A stretch of DNA of 64,000 nucleotides, taken from NCBI GenBank assembly GCA_963841015.1, contig CAWJAX010000002.1, forward strand, positions 256,001 through 320,000, given 5' to 3'. The stretch's first letter is position 1; each line of letters starts with the position of its first letter. Below, piece by piece: positions 9,396-18,978 of this stretch. The stretch comes from an uncultured Methanoregulaceae archaeon (lineage in GTDB: Archaea; Halobacteriota; Methanomicrobia; Methanomicrobiales; Methanospirillaceae). A program made the position numbers and the translations under genes. The notes under the pieces were generated by a model. It was not told the DNA's origin and ran no database searches. It saw nothing but the letters and a program-made list of their open reading frames with translations.

Positions 9396-10458
9396 ATGAT
9401 TACGCTCCGGTTTTACCGGATTTATGATATCGGCAGGGAAATAGATCTCGACTGGCTGGAACGAGCTCTCGCCCAGAGCTGACTTTACCGCAAGGACAAG
9501 CTTTGTCCGTGTCAAGCAGAAGTCCATCATGATTGAGGACCCCCCGCTCATGATCCAGATGCACCCCATACGGGTGGAGCGGGAAGGAAGACCGTTTGAG
9601 TTCTCCGTAGTTGCCCGTGTCTATGATATTGGTGCAATCAGCTTCTGTTTTATCTATGAAAACAGGGATGCACATTATTCCACGCTCGAGGAGATCGCGT
9701 TCCTGTTTGCCGGCCAGGAAGGATTATCGGAATTCTATGTCCAGTACCTTAAAACGCTGGGGGAGATCATCAAACCGCACATCAAAAACTTCGCTATTAA
9801 CCCGGACTTCTTTGAGGACTACACGGTCTACGTGACGGACCTCAGGGATGATTCGATCGATCCGGTACCCCTGTTAATCGGGGAAAAGGCCCGCACTTCC
9901 CCCCAGATGCGGGATGAGATTATTAAAAATTCGCTCAGCTATACCACCGATGATCTTGCGATACTCTCCTGGGATTCAGCCCTCCTCTGCAACCCGGAAA
10001 ACCCGACTGACCTGATTGACCTGATAGAATTTGCCAACGTCCAGGTGCTCGAGCTCCGTACCTATGACCGGGAACTGACCCGCGAGATGGAGAAGATGTA
10101 TGATGATATCGAACATGCTGACAGGCTTTCATCATTTCGCCGGAGCCGCCAGTACCATGCGATTATGGCAAAACAGATGGAGACCTATGCAGAGATCTCC
10201 GAGGTCATTGAAAAAGTGGACAACCTGATCAAAGTCACGGAGGATGTCTATTATGCCCGTGTATATGCAACGGCACTAAAAGTGCTCCGGAGCAATCAGT
10301 GGAGCGAGAGTGTGACCCGGAAGATCGATGTGATACGGGAAAACTACTCCATGCTCTCCGATGAAGTCCGTATCCAGCATTCAAACTTTCTCGAATGGGT
10401 GATTATTATCCTGATTGCTCTTGAGTTCGGGCTCGCCATCTGGCAGAGTATACGCTGA
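9396..10458 (+). pseudogene. RMD1/YagE (DUF155)-like membrane-anchored protein, split by a +1 frameshift at 9481
   Basis: The ATG at 9396 follows GGAAGGAG and reads MITLRFYRIYDIGREIDL. Removing G9481 joins it to the 9529 ORF. The C-terminus LEWVIIILIALEF is typical of the family. Confidence 0.7.
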
Positions 10459-10477
10459 GCGGGGGACTTGAACATAT

Positions 10478-10960
10478 ATGGTATTTGAATGTCAGCAGTG
10501 TGGTGAGTGCTGCCACCACATGGGGCAGGTTCACACCATTCAGGAAATTCGTGGCGGGTTTGAGTTTCTGGTCAATAATACCTATACCGGCGAAAAAACG
10601 CTGGTCATTGTCGATCAGGACAAGCACCATCTCTTTTTAGACCAAAGCATATTCCGGGAACAGCCGGAGGCATGCCCCTTCCTGAGGTATCAAACCCGGG
10701 AAAGGAAAGCCTTTTGTACCGTCCACCTGACACGCCCGGAGATATGCAGGGATTACGGGTGCTGGCGCCTGCTCATCCTGAATGCCCGGGGATTACGGGC
10801 CGGGAGAATCATGTACCAGCGTGCGTTTTTTTCTGATGATACTGACCTGACCCGGCTCTGGATGACGTGTATCGATCCCTTACATGAGCCGGATGATGCG
10901 ATCTGGGATGAGAAGATAACCAGGATTCTGATAAACGCAGGCTACACGGTAAGGAAGTAA
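10478..10960 (+). CDS. YkgJ family cysteine-cluster (CxxCxxCC) protein
   Basis: It contains FECQQCGECC, CPFL and CTVHLTRPEICRDYGC. Confidence 0.88.
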   Translation: MVFECQQCGECCHHMGQVHTIQEIRGGFEFLVNNTYTGEKTLVIVDQDKHHLFLDQSIFREQPEACPFLRYQTRERKAFCTVHLTRPEICRDYGCWRLLILNARGLRAGRIMYQRAFFSDDTDLTRLWMTCIDPLHEPDDAIWDEKITRILINAGYTVRK

Positions 10961-10974
10961 AAAAGGTACCCTTT

Positions 10975-11136
10975 TTATTGAACGGGAGGGATCACTTTTG
11001 GAATGGCGCACAACTGGCCGAATTTGTTGATGCCATAGGAGGCCAGGATTGTCTCGTCATCCATTTTTTTCTCGCCAATCCCGATCCTGCTCAACTTGTC
11101 ACGGATTATTCTGATATTCTTTTCAGTGGGCTGCAT
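10975..11136 (-). CDS. Hypothetical 53-aa microprotein (paralogue of 37504-37659)
   Basis: MQPTEKNIRIIRDKLSRI...MDDETILASYGINKFGQL aligns without gaps to the 37504 ORF. Confidence 0.6.
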   Translation of the reverse strand: MQPTEKNIRIIRDKLSRIGIGEKKMDDETILASYGINKFGQLCAIPKVIPPVQ

Positions 11137-11319
11137 AACGATAGATACTATTTCTTTTATGACACGATAAAGAGATGTTTTTTTAAAAATACGGTATTTT
11201 ACCATTTTTTTGAAAAATCAACCCCCGGATTCGCATGCTGTTCCTGCATCCCGGGACAGGAAAAACCTGGAACAAAAAAACGTGCATTACCTGCACTGCA
11301 TGATAAAAGAAGATTTTTT

Positions 11320-11649
11320 TTATAAGTACCGGTTCTTTCGTAACCAGTCTGCCTGTGGCGGCAGGTAGCGGTATATGATGTCACACTTCTCATCCTGGAA
11401 AGACCAGGGCGTTACAATCAGGATATCGCCTTCCCGGATCCAGACCCGTTTTTTGATCTTCCCCTTGATCCGGCCCATGCGGGTGACCCCGTCATAGCAG
11501 CGGACGCGGATATGGTTTGCTCCCATCATCAGGTCCGCAAAAGCGAATTGTTCATTGGCCCATTTCTTGGGCAGGCGAACACGAACAACCGGTGTTCCGT
11601 CCGCATTTACTGCATTTGGATCAGCATCATCGTTATTACTGGGTCTAAT
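11320..11649 (-). CDS. eif1a: Translation initiation factor aIF-1A (probable non-canonical ATT start at 11649)
   Basis: It contains MGANHIRVRCYDGVTRMGRIKGKIKKRVWIREGD..PW..DIIYRY. The conserved-looking VRVRLP..EQFA segment lies upstream of the first ATG, and the frame is closed by TGA at 11652-11650. Confidence 0.93.
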   Translation of the reverse strand: MRPSNNDDADPNAVNADGTPVVRVRLPKKWANEQFAFADLMMGANHIRVRCYDGVTRMGRIKGKIKKRVWIREGDILIVTPWSFQDEKCDIIYRYLPPQADWLRKNRYL

Positions 11650-11895
11650 TCAGGCAACTCCGTTACTGTATATCTCTGGGGCGTTGAGGACAATGAAGGT
11701 ATGTATTGTTCGGGTGATAACGATCCGGTCCAAAAAAGAAAAGAAAGAAAAGGAATAATAATAACTTCACCCGGTAACAATTCTTCACCAGTTGTCATCA
11801 TCCTGCACACTTCCATGGTTAAAGAAAAACGCCATTGATGAAACGATCTTTGGCAGGACAAGACTGATTCTTACACAAAACCGGAGAGAATCCCC

Positions 11896-13740
11896 GTGAA
11901 CCTGCCACATTTCCTGTCAAAAAGTGATCGTGTCTGGGATGTTCTGATAGCGGTATCAGCCGTTACCGCCCTGTCCTTAAACCTCCTTGGACTCCTCAAT
12001 GGCATTTTTGTGGCACTTCCCCACCTTCTTTATGTTCCGGTGGTGCTTGCCGCGTATCGTTACCCGAAGTGGGGACTCCTCATCGCAGGATGCATCGGAG
12101 GAACGTATTTTCTGATGGTTGTCCTGGTCGCCGGCGACGCATTCAGCACAATAATTGAAGCACTTGTCCGGACATTCGTTCTCATTGGGATCGGGTGGCT
12201 TATCGCATTTCTCTCCTTCAGGCTCCGTGAACGCCAGGATCTCTACCAGGGGCTCTTTTATCATTCAGAAGCAGGAAGCATTCTTGTCCGGGATACACCC
12301 CAAGGGAGGGTCATTGAGGAAGTAAATGACAAAGCCTCAGAACTGCTTTGCAGGAAGGCAGAGGATCTTACCGGAAAACCCCTCACCGTGTTCTGGAGCA
12401 GTGATGCTGAGCAGGAGTTTTTCTCACAGATCGGTAGGGAAGGTACGGTCCATGCAGTGGAGAAGGTGTTTTTGCTACCGGATGAAAGTTCAGAAACGGT
12501 GCTTGTCTCGGCAGCACTTCTGCCAGAGAAGCGGGTAATTATCACGTTTGTAGAAATCACCCGTCGTGTTCATGCCGAGAAAGCCCTGAAGGCAGCGAAT
12601 GATAAACTCAAACTTCTCTCACGCATCTCACACGATCATCTCCATCGTACTGTTGACCAGATGGTCCAGACCGTGAAAAATGCGGATGAACACGGTATCG
12701 ATACTGTTGCACGGGATTTTTTTAACCAGCTGCGGGTGCTTGCCCTTCATCTGAAACAACAGCTTTTCCTCACTGAGTCCTATAAAAATCTCGGGATCTC
12801 CCCTCCGGCCTGGCTGGGAGTCCAGCAGATTCTTGAACCTGCAATTCTTTCCCTTGCCCCTGGATCTGTTTCTCCAAGGTTCTGGACTGAAAGACTCGAG
12901 ATTTATGCCGATCCTCTCTTTCAGGACGTCCTCATTCACATTGCCGGCAATGCTGTCAGCCATGGGATTACCGTAAAAAACCTTATCGTCACGTATCATG
13001 AAATACCGAAAGGGCTCGATCTCATCCTGGAAGATGATGGTATCGGGATCCCGGCAGATAAAAAACAGCGCATATTCGACTACGATGAAGAGGGGCACTC
13101 CGGAATTGGGTTATTTATCTGCCGGGAGATCCTCGGGGTTACGGGCATGACCATCACAGAAACCGGGACAGAAGGGAAGGGAGCCAGGTTTGTGATCCGT
13201 GTCCCTCCTGATGGGTACCGGATAGAGGGATCTGGAGATGATGCCCCGGCACGCCCTCTTTTAGTAATGCCGGCAACGTCGGGTCTCCATGGTGCTCACC
13301 ACCCGGGCGGTACTATTGTCAGGGAACTATCTGCAGCGGAGTTTCCGGTTGCAGAGGCACTCTGGACGGATTATCACCAGACAAAGGGAGATCCGCGGAC
13401 TGACCGAATATTTGCGGGATTCTCTCAGGGTGAGATTGTCTCTGTTGCCCGGTGCCGGAAACATCCGGACGGGTTTGAGGTAGATGCGGTATTTACTCCC
13501 CTCGCTCACCGTGGTCACGGGTATTCACATGCGGTGATGTGGGGGCTGACAGAAGCATGCGGACATGACATCCTCTTTATGCATTCAGTAAAAAACCTTA
13601 CCGGGTTCTACAGCCAGTATGGTTTTGTCAACATTGCGGAGAATGAGCTTCCCCCGTCAATCCGGGAGCGGTATGCATGGGCGGAAGGTGAGATGGAAGG
13701 TGCCAATGTCTCCCCCATGCAACGATTGCCTTATTCCTGA
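11896..13740 (+). CDS. Membrane PAS sensor histidine-kinase-like protein fused to a C-terminal GNAT acetyltransferase
   Basis: It has about four TM helices (PHLLYVPVVLAAYRYP), a PAS domain, HATPase boxes (GNAVSHG, EDDGIGIP, GIGLFICREIL) and GNAT motifs VFTPLAHRGHGYS and FYSQYGF. Confidence 0.82.
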   Translation: MNLPHFLSKSDRVWDVLIAVSAVTALSLNLLGLLNGIFVALPHLLYVPVVLAAYRYPKWGLLIAGCIGGTYFLMVVLVAGDAFSTIIEALVRTFVLIGIGWLIAFLSFRLRERQDLYQGLFYHSEAGSILVRDTPQGRVIEEVNDKASELLCRKAEDLTGKPLTVFWSSDAEQEFFSQIGREGTVHAVEKVFLLPDESSETVLVSAALLPEKRVIITFVEITRRVHAEKALKAANDKLKLLSRISHDHLHRTVDQMVQTVKNADEHGIDTVARDFFNQLRVLALHLKQQLFLTESYKNLGISPPAWLGVQQILEPAILSLAPGSVSPRFWTERLEIYADPLFQDVLIHIAGNAVSHGITVKNLIVTYHEIPKGLDLILEDDGIGIPADKKQRIFDYDEEGHSGIGLFICREILGVTGMTITETGTEGKGARFVIRVPPDGYRIEGSGDDAPARPLLVMPATSGLHGAHHPGGTIVRELSAAEFPVAEALWTDYHQTKGDPRTDRIFAGFSQGEIVSVARCRKHPDGFEVDAVFTPLAHRGHGYSHAVMWGLTEACGHDILFMHSVKNLTGFYSQYGFVNIAENELPPSIRERYAWAEGEMEGANVSPMQRLPYS

Positions 13741-13897
13741 AATACGGGTTTTATACCCCCACTCCTGACCGTATCTTCTCATCGGATGGGTAATGATGGG
13801 TTCGTTTGCCTCCCGTTTCTGCAGTTCACGATCAGTTCACTTTCTCCCTGCATACCTTACTCCTTTATAGGCAGCTCATCGATTCTCTCACTCAGGA

Positions 13898-15085
13898 ATG
13901 ATTGGCAAAGGTGCATATCTCAAACAGCTGACAGCAGCTACCCTGCAGATGAAATCAGTGGCTGTGGGAAAAGAGCTGGAAGGCAGTTCACCGCCATCGG
14001 TGTTCATCGGGAGCTGGAATTACCCGGATGTATACGCCGGTCCGATGATTGCTCCGCTCCATGGGGACACTGCTATCATGGATATGCCCGAATCATGGAT
14101 CTCCGGACACAAGACCCAGGAGGAGATCATCGGTTACCGGCTCAACCTGGTGCGGGGCAAGCATCGTGTTCATGCAGATGATCTGGACAACCGGTTCGTT
14201 GAAAAACTCCAGGAGATCTCCCTCTCTGATACCTCAGTTGAGAGCGAAGTCTCATTTGAGAGCGTCCCGACCGGGACCTCATTTTCCGAGGAACACACAC
14301 CCTTTGGGCCCAGTGCAGCGATCGAGCGGTTTGAGATCGGCAGCGGCAGATGGGACCGGAACCTCGAGAAAGTGTATTACGATACCGACCTGAAATCTGC
14401 TGATGCCGTTGTAGACCTGCACAAAAAGGGGGTTCCGTTCTCCAGCATCCAGAAGGCATTTTCAGCAGGAACCATGGGACGGGACCGGGGGCGGCACCTG
14501 GTACCTACCCGGTGGTCGATCACAGCCTGCGACACCATGATCGGCGACCGGCTTCTCCGTGAGGTGAAAAAATGTCCCGTACTCGACACATGGCGGGTGC
14601 ACGAATATTCCAGCCTGAACAACAATTACGCGGTGATCCTCATGCCGACCGGCTGGCAGTACGAATGGTCGGAAGCTTTCCTGCACGTACTGGGCAATGA
14701 GGAACTGGTATTCTCGGATCATGAGGGAAACCGGAAGAAAACAGACTATTCACCCCTGGGTGGGTGTTACTATTCCTGCAAGATGGCAGTCCTCGAGGCG
14801 CTTGCACAGGAACAGAAACAGGCGGGGGCAATTATCCTGCGGGAGGCACTCCACGGGTATGTACCCCTCGGAGTATTCAATGTACGGGAAAACGTGAGGA
14901 GCGCAATGCGGCAACCGGCACAGGAGTTTGAAGATATCCGTTTAGCCCTGTCCCATATTTCGGAGAAATTCACGCTCCCCCTTCAGCGGTTTATTGAGGA
15001 AGGCAACCTTCTCAAAAGCACCCTTCGCGAGCGTCAGTTCACGTTCCGTGATTTTGAAGCTGTGCCTGTGACCATACCAGGATAA
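13898..15085 (+). CDS. nreA: Nre family DNA repair protein
   Basis: It contains [34 protein letters not shown] and [14 protein letters not shown], with a PIP-like QFTFRDF near the C-terminus. Confidence 0.9.
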   Translation: MIGKGAYLKQLTAATLQMKSVAVGKELEGSSPPSVFIGSWNYPDVYAGPMIAPLHGDTAIMDMPESWISGHKTQEEIIGYRLNLVRGKHRVHADDLDNRFVEKLQEISLSDTSVESEVSFESVPTGTSFSEEHTPFGPSAAIERFEIGSGRWDRNLEKVYYDTDLKSADAVVDLHKKGVPFSSIQKAFSAGTMGRDRGRHLVPTRWSITACDTMIGDRLLREVKKCPVLDTWRVHEYSSLNNNYAVILMPTGWQYEWSEAFLHVLGNEELVFSDHEGNRKKTDYSPLGGCYYSCKMAVLEALAQEQKQAGAIILREALHGYVPLGVFNVRENVRSAMRQPAQEFEDIRLALSHISEKFTLPLQRFIEEGNLLKSTLRERQFTFRDFEAVPVTIPG

Positions 15086-15112
15086 CCGGAATATAATCCA
15101 GGAGGATGAGCA

Positions 15113-16204
15113 ATGGAGCCGGATCTCGTTCACGTGACCTCCCCGCGGATCATCCTTCACCTGGATATGGACAGCTTTTATGCATCGGTTGAGATGCGGG
15201 GACGGCCGGAACTCCGGGGTAAACCCGTTGTGATAGGGGCTGACCCAAAACAGGGGAAGGGGCGCGGGGTTGTGGCAACCTGCTCATATGAGGCGCGGGC
15301 ATTTGGGATACGGTCAGCAATGCCCATCTCGCAGGCATTCGTGCTCTGCCCACACGCAGTTTTTCTTCCCCCGGACTTTCCCCGGTATGTGAAAGCTTCT
15401 TCCGATGTTATGGCAATCCTGAAAGCGCCGGGTCTCCCTTTTGAGCAGGTGAGTATCGATGAGGCGTTCCTGGATGTGAGCAGTCTGGGGACATTTTCTG
15501 CGGCAGCCGATCTTGCGGTGCAGATCAGGGACACGATCTTCATGGATCTCGGGTTGACCTGTTCGATCGGAATTGCACCGACAAAAGTGGTCGCAAAGAT
15601 CGCCTCTGATGTACATAAACCCAACGGTCTTACCGTGGTTGAGCCGGACACCCTGGTCTCCTTCCTTGCACCGATGCCGGTGCGGAAGATTCCGGGTATC
15701 GGGAAGAAGTCAGAGTCAGAACTCTTCGAGATGGGTATCAGGACCATCCGGGATCTTGCAGCATTCGATATCCAGGCACTGATCACACGATTCGGGCGCT
15801 CCGCGATTGCCCTGCAGGAGATTGCAGCCGGTATTGACCGGAGCGAGGTCAAAGAACGGGAGGGTGTGAAATCGGTATCCCGTGAAACGACGTTCGAGGA
15901 GGATACCAATGATGAGCTGCTGATAACTGCAACGATGGATGCACTTTCAGAAGAAGTGTGCCGGAACCTTTCAGATGAATCCCTGCACTGCAGGACGGTT
16001 ACGGTAAAGGTGCGGTACCAGGGTTTTGTCACCCGAACAAAAGCCCTGACGCTCCCGCATTACATGGGTGATCCGGCTGCAGTTCGCAGGTGCGCCCGGT
16101 CCCTGCTTCGCGACATTTTTGATGGCCGGAAGATCCGCCTGCTTGGTATCCGGCTCTCATCATTTGACACATGCGATACCCGGCAGATGACCCTTGAGGT
16201 GTAA
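15113..16204 (+). CDS. dinB: DNA polymerase IV (Y family)
   Basis: It contains HLDMDSFYASVE, CSYEARAFG, SIDEAFLD, AKIASDVHKPNG, IPGIGKK and RLLGIRLS. Confidence 0.96.
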   Translation: MEPDLVHVTSPRIILHLDMDSFYASVEMRGRPELRGKPVVIGADPKQGKGRGVVATCSYEARAFGIRSAMPISQAFVLCPHAVFLPPDFPRYVKASSDVMAILKAPGLPFEQVSIDEAFLDVSSLGTFSAAADLAVQIRDTIFMDLGLTCSIGIAPTKVVAKIASDVHKPNGLTVVEPDTLVSFLAPMPVRKIPGIGKKSESELFEMGIRTIRDLAAFDIQALITRFGRSAIALQEIAAGIDRSEVKEREGVKSVSRETTFEEDTNDELLITATMDALSEEVCRNLSDESLHCRTVTVKVRYQGFVTRTKALTLPHYMGDPAAVRRCARSLLRDIFDGRKIRLLGIRLSSFDTCDTRQMTLEV

Positions 16205-16495
16205 ATAATCAGGATATCAGGAACGATTTACCCGGAAGGGTAAGGTGGATTTCCCATATATGATATCTGAAATCCCAAATTCCCGGTACGACATCCACAC
16301 TCCAGCGAATGAAATCATGAAGGAAAAAAGTGTAATATCATATGTGCATATGGCAGGAGGAAACGGCCAGCCGTTCTCGCGTGTCGGCTGGCTCAGATTG
16401 TGTTTCTGGTGATTTTTGTGCGTAAGGAAGGACGTAACCGTTTTTTGGTAAAACCTCCATGAGATTTCTTGGTAAATCTTAATTAACTGTTATAT

Positions 16496-16510
16496 TATTT
16501 AAACATTTTC
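16496..16510 (-). promoter_or_regulatory. Candidate archaeal BRE/TATA promoter for a short minus-strand transcript
   Basis: The minus strand reads GAAAATG-TTTAAATA, about 36 nt upstream of an ATG at 16460. Confidence 0.45.
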
Positions 16511-16757
16511 TTTAACTAATAGTCCCTATTTTTAAATTTCGCAGAATTTCAAAACTAAATAGCCGTTCGATCATAAAATTCATTCCGTTATCCCCCAATG
16601 AAATAAAAGGAAATAACCCTTAATGTCCTGGTACTCTCTTTTTACAAAAAAGTCCACGGTCGATCTGTCCTTGTACACCCCCGGCACACACCAAAAAACC
16701 GGTACTGAAAGCGGAAAACTCATCAACAGCAGATGTATATGCTCATAAGAACGTTCT

Positions 16758-17171
16758 ATGAGCTCCCCGCCGGAAATCAGGAATATTCTGGAACTGGTAA
16801 AAACTGCCCGGGCTGATCCAGCCGTTGGTATACGGATCGTTCAGGTGACCGGAGATGACCATGTTGGCCTGTATGTGGCCGAACTGGGGCCGCACTCCCG
16901 TGTTACTGCCCATTACCACCGTGACGGGAACGAAATCTACCAGATTGTCCACGGTAAAGGAAAACTATTTACGGGTGTCTGCTCGTCCGATAATAGTGTC
17001 AGATGGAACACACCCGTCGTTGTGAGCAGCGGGGATTGTTTTACCGTGCAGGAGGGACAAGTCCACCAGCTGGAAAATACCGGTTCATTGCCCATGATTG
17101 CGATTATTATCTGCCCGGCTGCCCATATCGGCCATGACCGCTTCATACTAAGGGGAGAAATACCGGGCTAA
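16758..17171 (+). CDS. Cupin domain protein
   Basis: It has the cupin motifs HYHRDGNEIY and GDCFTVQEGQVHQLEN. Confidence 0.88.
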   Translation: MSSPPEIRNILELVKTARADPAVGIRIVQVTGDDHVGLYVAELGPHSRVTAHYHRDGNEIYQIVHGKGKLFTGVCSSDNSVRWNTPVVVSSGDCFTVQEGQVHQLENTGSLPMIAIIICPAAHIGHDRFILRGEIPG

Positions 17172-17188
17172 CAGGGTTTTGGTTTTGT

Positions 17189-18082
17189 ATGCAACGCTAC
17201 CGTTTTAAAAAAATAGATGCGTTTGTTGAGGGACAATCAACCGGGAATCCCGCAGGTTGTATATACCTGCCGGATCAGGACGCGCTGTCAGATGAGGGAA
17301 TGCAGCAGATCGCCCGTGAACTGGCCGGCTTTGTCAGTGAGGTCGTCTATGTCTACTTTGAGGAAGGAAATACCACCCTCCGGTTTTTCTCTTCAGAGCG
17401 TGAAGTTGCATTCTGCGGCCATGCTACGATTGCTGTCATGTACGATCTCATAAAAAACGATCCGGAACGTGCACGAAATCCTGTCGCCCGCATTCATGTA
17501 CAGGCACGTGAACTTCTTGTACGAAATGAGATTGCCTCAGCAGATGCTGTGTTCATCAGTGCACCCCTTCCCCGGTTTACCAGCACGGACCTGACCCGTG
17601 ATGATATCGCTGCAGCCTTGAAAATTCCCCCCGGGGGAATAACGGAAAAGAACCGGATTGTGCTGGTCAATGCCGGCCTTGCGACCCTGATTGTTCCCCT
17701 TACCTCGCTTGATACCCTGCTATCTCTCCGTCCTGACCAGAAGAACCTGCGGGAGTTCTGTCTTGCAAACGGCATCGAAATTATCCTGGTCTGGTCTGAG
17801 GAGGTCTCAATACCTCAGAATAATTACCGCACACGGGTCTTTGCCCCTATTTACGGATATCTTGAAGATCCCGCAACCGGTTCCGGAAATGCGGCATTGG
17901 GATATTACCTGCTGAACGCTGCTCTCTGGGACGGCCACATGATCAGGATTGAGCAGGGCAGGAGCAGGGAGCGTCCTAATATCATCCGGCTCGTGAGTGA
18001 TGCTTCCAGAGTGCAGCGCAGCGTATTTTTCGGAGGAAATGCAAAAGTGAGAATTGAAGGGGAGTATCTCCTCTACCCATAA
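17189..18082 (+). CDS. PhzF family isomerase
   Basis: It contains IDAF..GNPAG, SE, EVAFCGHAT and EDPATGSGN. Confidence 0.93.
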   Translation: MQRYRFKKIDAFVEGQSTGNPAGCIYLPDQDALSDEGMQQIARELAGFVSEVVYVYFEEGNTTLRFFSSEREVAFCGHATIAVMYDLIKNDPERARNPVARIHVQARELLVRNEIASADAVFISAPLPRFTSTDLTRDDIAAALKIPPGGITEKNRIVLVNAGLATLIVPLTSLDTLLSLRPDQKNLREFCLANGIEIILVWSEEVSIPQNNYRTRVFAPIYGYLEDPATGSGNAALGYYLLNAALWDGHMIRIEQGRSRERPNIIRLVSDASRVQRSVFFGGNAKVRIEGEYLLYP

Positions 18083-18186
18083 GTCATGTCTGTCATACTA
18101 TTACCGTATTAGTACCGTTCCTGACTGGGTGATAAGGAGTACAGGATACAACCCCTGTCACCATCGAATACCTGCCTGTTTTTTGT

Positions 18187-18852
18187 GTGAGGGAGAGAAA
18201 CTCTACTTACAGTCAGGGTGCAGCATTGGTGGAAAAGGGAACATTACACAAAATTCCTGAAAAACATGCACGGGCACGCAAAAGGATTGACGAAATCGCA
18301 GTCCAGCTCGGTAGTGCACGGACGAAAGGCGAGCTGGGAACGTACCTGATTCATGAAATTCAGAATTATACCCTGTTCGATCTCCAGATCATCGGGGGCA
18401 GGCTGAACAGCGAGATTGACAAGCTTCCCTCCCCTTACCGTGAATCGATCCGCCCCTATTTCCGTGAACAGCTTTTTGGCAAACACCACCAGCTCCTCGC
18501 CCTGCACCACACCCGGGTGTTTGCAAGGATGACCGATCCGATCCATGACCCGGAAACATTCCGCAAATTCTGCGAGATGCTTCCCGAAGGTGTTTTTTCG
18601 TGGAATGATTCGGGCGAGCGCAATCCGTACTTCCGCAATCCGATGAACCGCCTCTTCTATTACCTGATAGCAGCTTTCACCATGTTTGTCCTCGATGAGC
18701 CGGGTCATCCCGTGGGAATGCCATTCCCCGGTGGTTTTTCCGTTGAACAGCGGGGGAGGGATTATTATTGTCTCATCCGGGACAAGGAAAAAGAGGTTTT
18801 TTATTCCATCTGCAACTTCTGCCCGGCGCACCAGGCAGAAGAGAACCAATAA
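18187..18852 (+). CDS. UPF0305/DUF2115 family protein (true start may be 18226 or 18229)
   Basis: It contains YTLFDLQ, FVLDEPGHPVGMPFPGG, YYC and SICNFCPA. Confidence 0.85.
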   Translation: MRERNSTYSQGAALVEKGTLHKIPEKHARARKRIDEIAVQLGSARTKGELGTYLIHEIQNYTLFDLQIIGGRLNSEIDKLPSPYRESIRPYFREQLFGKHHQLLALHHTRVFARMTDPIHDPETFRKFCEMLPEGVFSWNDSGERNPYFRNPMNRLFYYLIAAFTMFVLDEPGHPVGMPFPGGFSVEQRGRDYYCLIRDKEKEVFYSICNFCPAHQAEENQ

Positions 18853-18978
18853 GAACGCGGATCTTTTTGTTTATCCTCATTTTTTTAAAAAACGATTACT
18901 CTGATCAAAAAGGATCAGCAGGGAAATGATCAGAAACAGTATAAGATAATCCGCTAAAAAAAGGATAACAGGAACATC

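Noticed and set aside
9480-9482. Selenocysteine read-through of in-frame TGA at 9480 and 30361
   Set aside because: The proteins continue in the +1 frame, not in the same frame.
15178-16032. Long antisense ORFs (for example 15178-16032, 41563-42504, 43798-44688, 49459-50466, 53088-53891)
   Set aside because: They shadow well-supported genes on the opposite strand and contain no recognisable motifs.
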